Of a stretch of 64,000 nt of DNA, positions 61,574 through 64,000 are shown piece after piece. The notes beneath the pieces were generated by a model. The model had not been told where the DNA came from, did no database searches, and worked only from the letters and a program-made list of their open reading frames with translations. Numbering within the stretch: the stretch's first letter is position 1; each line of letters starts with the position of its first letter. The stretch is from a virus (lineage: Duplodnaviria; Caudoviricetes). A program made the translations under genes and the position numbers. The stretch is from positions 57,437 through 121,436 of the IMG/VR virus record IMGVR_UViG_3300013383_000002. One strand, written 5' to 3'.

Positions 61574-62296
61574 TTTTATTATTCCCTTCCTTTCATTTCG
61601 TAATTATATTATATCATAGGAATTTCTTTTTGTCAAGATTTTTTTAGACGAAAAACGTCTAATACCCCACTAAAAAAAGAGGATTGACGCATTACACGTC
61701 AATCCTCTCACATTCTTCTAAAATTAGAATATATCTATCTTCAATGTTGATTTTATTCAAAACATCTTCAAGTGAAGAAATTGCCTCATCTAATTCATAG
61801 GCGTCCGGTGTAAGCCTGGCGGCAGTTTTCAGATATTGATACGCATTTTGAATTATCTTAAATTCGATATCTTCAAGAACAATTTGTTATCTTTCTATGA
61901 TTTTGTTTTCAATCTTCATTTCAAAGAACCCCCATAAAAATTTTGAAAAAATTCCAGTTAGCAATATTTGGCCGGGTAAAAATTGCATTGAAATAAGAAA
62001 AGATGAACCAAAGAACGATTAGAACACCAATCCCACCAAGGAAATTTCCAAAAAATTTTTTAGTCTTCATATACTTGCGCATAACAAATCCACTCCCCGA
62101 TACAAAGATTAGCGCGCCGCATTGCGTCTACAAAAGTCAAGCCAAAAATTGTTGAGTATTCAAAAGTTTCTAAGTTTTTGATGAAGTAAGTATTCATTGC
62201 TTTCCCCTTTCTTTAGCTCTATTATATCATACTTTCGAAAAAAGTCAAGAAGTTTTTTTAGACGAAGAACGTCTAAGAAGTTGGAGCTGAGCTGAT

Positions 62297-62470
62297 TCAA
62301 GTCCAGCTCTCTCCTTCTCGATTAGGCAGGATCGTCAGCTTATAGACACAGCTTCCAGCTTGGATGTAGCTTTCTATAAGGCGTGGCAAGTCCTCTAACG
62401 TGGCAATAGTGTCCTCACTCATTCCGCGCCGGCCATTGATGCCATTGTCGTGTTCAACTAAAACTGTCAT
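62297..62470 (-). CDS. hypothetical protein, 57 aa
   Basis: GGGAG RBS; promoter TTGACT/TATAAT. Confidence 0.55.
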   Translation of the reverse strand: MTVLVEHDNGINGRRGMSEDTIATLEDLPRLIESYIQAGSCVYKLTILPNREGESWT

Positions 62471-62711
62471 GTTATATATCTCCCTTCGCGGCCTGTATAA
62501 TATCCATTTCTCACCGGCTTGTCTATATTATATCACATAAGGACGAAAAGTCAAGTCTTGTAACATGGCAAAGTGACGTCTAATAGTTAGACGTATTCCG
62601 TCTAAAAATGAATAAAAGTTACATAAAACGACTTAGACGGGTCACGTCTAATTTAGACGTGACCGGGAGATGACATGTAAGATGACATCAATAGATAAAA
62701 GAAAAGACGCT

Positions 62712-62966
62712 TTATGCGTCTTTTCCTACGTAAACGATAATTTCATGCCGGTTTGTCAAGTCAAGTCCTTTTACATACCATCGTTCAATCTCTTCCGGAA
62801 AGAGGGCTTCACCCGTAGCAGAGTTGATATAATGCCCGCATCCGTCATTATCAAAATTGCTGTTACTGAAAATCCATTCCGCGCCCGTTTCGTCATCATA
62901 GATATAATCGGGATATGCATAAGCGACATAGTCGCAGAAGTCCGCTAAGGTAATAGTTTTTTTCAT
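62712..62966 (-). CDS. hypothetical acidic protein
   Basis: AAGGA RBS; ends DA-stop. Confidence 0.65.
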   Translation of the reverse strand: MKKTITLADFCDYVAYAYPDYIYDDETGAEWIFSNSNFDNDGCGHYINSATGEALFPEEIERWYVKGLDLTNRHEIIVYVGKDA

Positions 62967-63113
62967 TTTATATTCCTTTTCTGCCCGTCATGCCGATAGC
63001 TCAGCGTCATGTCATTTTAGGTTACGCACTCCATTCTTCTGTCATGTCATAGCGCACAATCAGTCTAAAATTCATTTCCATGTTACATAGCTCTTTTTCT
63101 AGGTGATGGACGC

Positions 63114-63626
63114 TTAAAGCGTCCACCCATTTTTCAGCCATTCGGCAAACTCCATAGCCTGCCCACACTTGATGCAAGCATTCAACGCGTCAACCAGCTT
63201 GAAATACTTCTTTCCGTGCGGCGCGTTTAGCTTATTATTCCAAAATGTTTGAATAGTGATTTTCCGTTGTCCGTTGGTAGAAGTTTTTTCACGGAGTAGT
63301 CCAACCTCAGCCAGCACTAACAAAAAGGTTTCGCGCGTCATGATATAGGCGTTCTGTCCGTCTAGCTCTCTATTTCCGTCAACTTTCGGACAGTAAATAA
63401 CCCTGCTAGAGCCTTTAACAAGCTTTTCGCCGTCATTACCCAGTTCACCCGCTCCGGTTTTTACCTCATGATATACACCCGTCCGGCGCAGGTCAGCACG
63501 CCCCGCCCGCGCGACTTTCGACATCATATGCAAGTGCTCTTTGCAAGCGCGTTCGAACGCTTTGCCCGTCGCGCCCGTATCCGTGGACAGATAACCATAC
63601 TTTGCAACGTAATCGTTCATATTCAT
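63114..63626 (-). CDS. hypothetical protein, possible PD-(D/E)XK fold
   Basis: G..FE...ADL......EVKTG. Confidence 0.55.
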   Translation of the reverse strand: MNMNDYVAKYGYLSTDTGATGKAFERACKEHLHMMSKVARAGRADLRRTGVYHEVKTGAGELGNDGEKLVKGSSRVIYCPKVDGNRELDGQNAYIMTRETFLLVLAEVGLLREKTSTNGQRKITIQTFWNNKLNAPHGKKYFKLVDALNACIKCGQAMEFAEWLKNGWTL

Positions 63627-63923
63627 TTTTCAAATCTCACTTTCTCGTGGTCTATCCCGCGCGTCATTTGTTTTTGTTTACGTCCTTATTATAGCGCCAA
63701 CGTCTAGCATTGTCAACGACTTTTTTCTTTTCGTTGTCATTTTACATTCCGTCAAATCCACCAAAGTGAGCGACGTATAACGTGTCTTTGTTTGTGCAGA
63801 ATGACGAAGCCTCGCGATGACGTATAACGGGGTAGGTTTTGTCATCTGACACGATAAAATACAGACCGGGGTCCATTTAGTAATTTTACTTTTTCTATGA
63901 CGCGTTACATTTCGGGGCCTCGC

Positions 63924-64000
63924 AACTTTTCTCACTGAAATTAGAAACTTTTCTCACTGAAATTAGAAACTTTTCTCACTGAAATTAGAAACTTTTCTCA
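63924..64000 (+). repeat. 22-bp perfect tandem repeat AACTTTTCTCACTGAAATTAGA, 3.5 copies to window end
   Basis: units at 63924, 63946, 63968, 63990. Confidence 0.92.

Larger units (their letters stand above)
57156..62651. repeat. 12 dispersed 19-bp palindromes TTAGACG-N5-CGTCTAA
   Basis: starts at 57156, 58104, 58646, 59359, 59788, 60398, 60881, 61141, 61644, 62258, 62587, 62633; all intergenic. Confidence 0.95.

Noticed and set aside
57156-62651. CRISPR-like or REP/IS interpretation of the palindromes
   Set aside because: Spacing is mostly hundreds of bases, with whole genes between copies; no transposase or target duplications seen.
1-64000. Genome-wide TAG-to-Gln recoding, suggested by the theta ribozyme
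   Set aside because: Long genes are intact in code 11; only one in-frame TAG candidate; no suppressor tRNA in the window.

Overview
AT-rich segment of a large tailed bacteriophage, probably infecting a gut Firmicute (sigmaA-type TTGACA/TATAAT promoters, AGGAGG RBS, standard genetic code). 0.4-23 kb is a DNA replication/recombination region. It holds a Sak4-like AAA recombinase split by three LAGLIDADG-carrying group I introns (junctions resolved by eye), an SSB-like protein, GyrA/GyrB, RNase HI, a minimal UvrD-like helicase, an ATP-dependent ligase and several free-standing endonucleases. 23.7-27.8 kb is a tRNA/ncRNA cluster with six tRNAs plus one degenerate tRNA, a twister ribozyme whose P3 arm holds a tRNA-like domain, an HDV-like theta ribozyme and a ~600-nt ROOL-like RNA. 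28-43 kb carries ClpP-like, PhoH, cell-wall hydrolase, tail-fibre-like genes, a high-GC imported island, an endolysin and a family of fibre-like paralogues linked to poly-G tracts. 43-54 kb holds small early genes with a segmental duplication and several frameshifts. 54-64 kb has a second copy of a DUF5659-like/wHTH/palindromic-repeat module, a purine-rich tract, and an array of leftward, mostly single-gene units bounded by a TTAGACG-N5-CGTCTAA palindrome. All family assignments come from motif recognition only; no searches were run.
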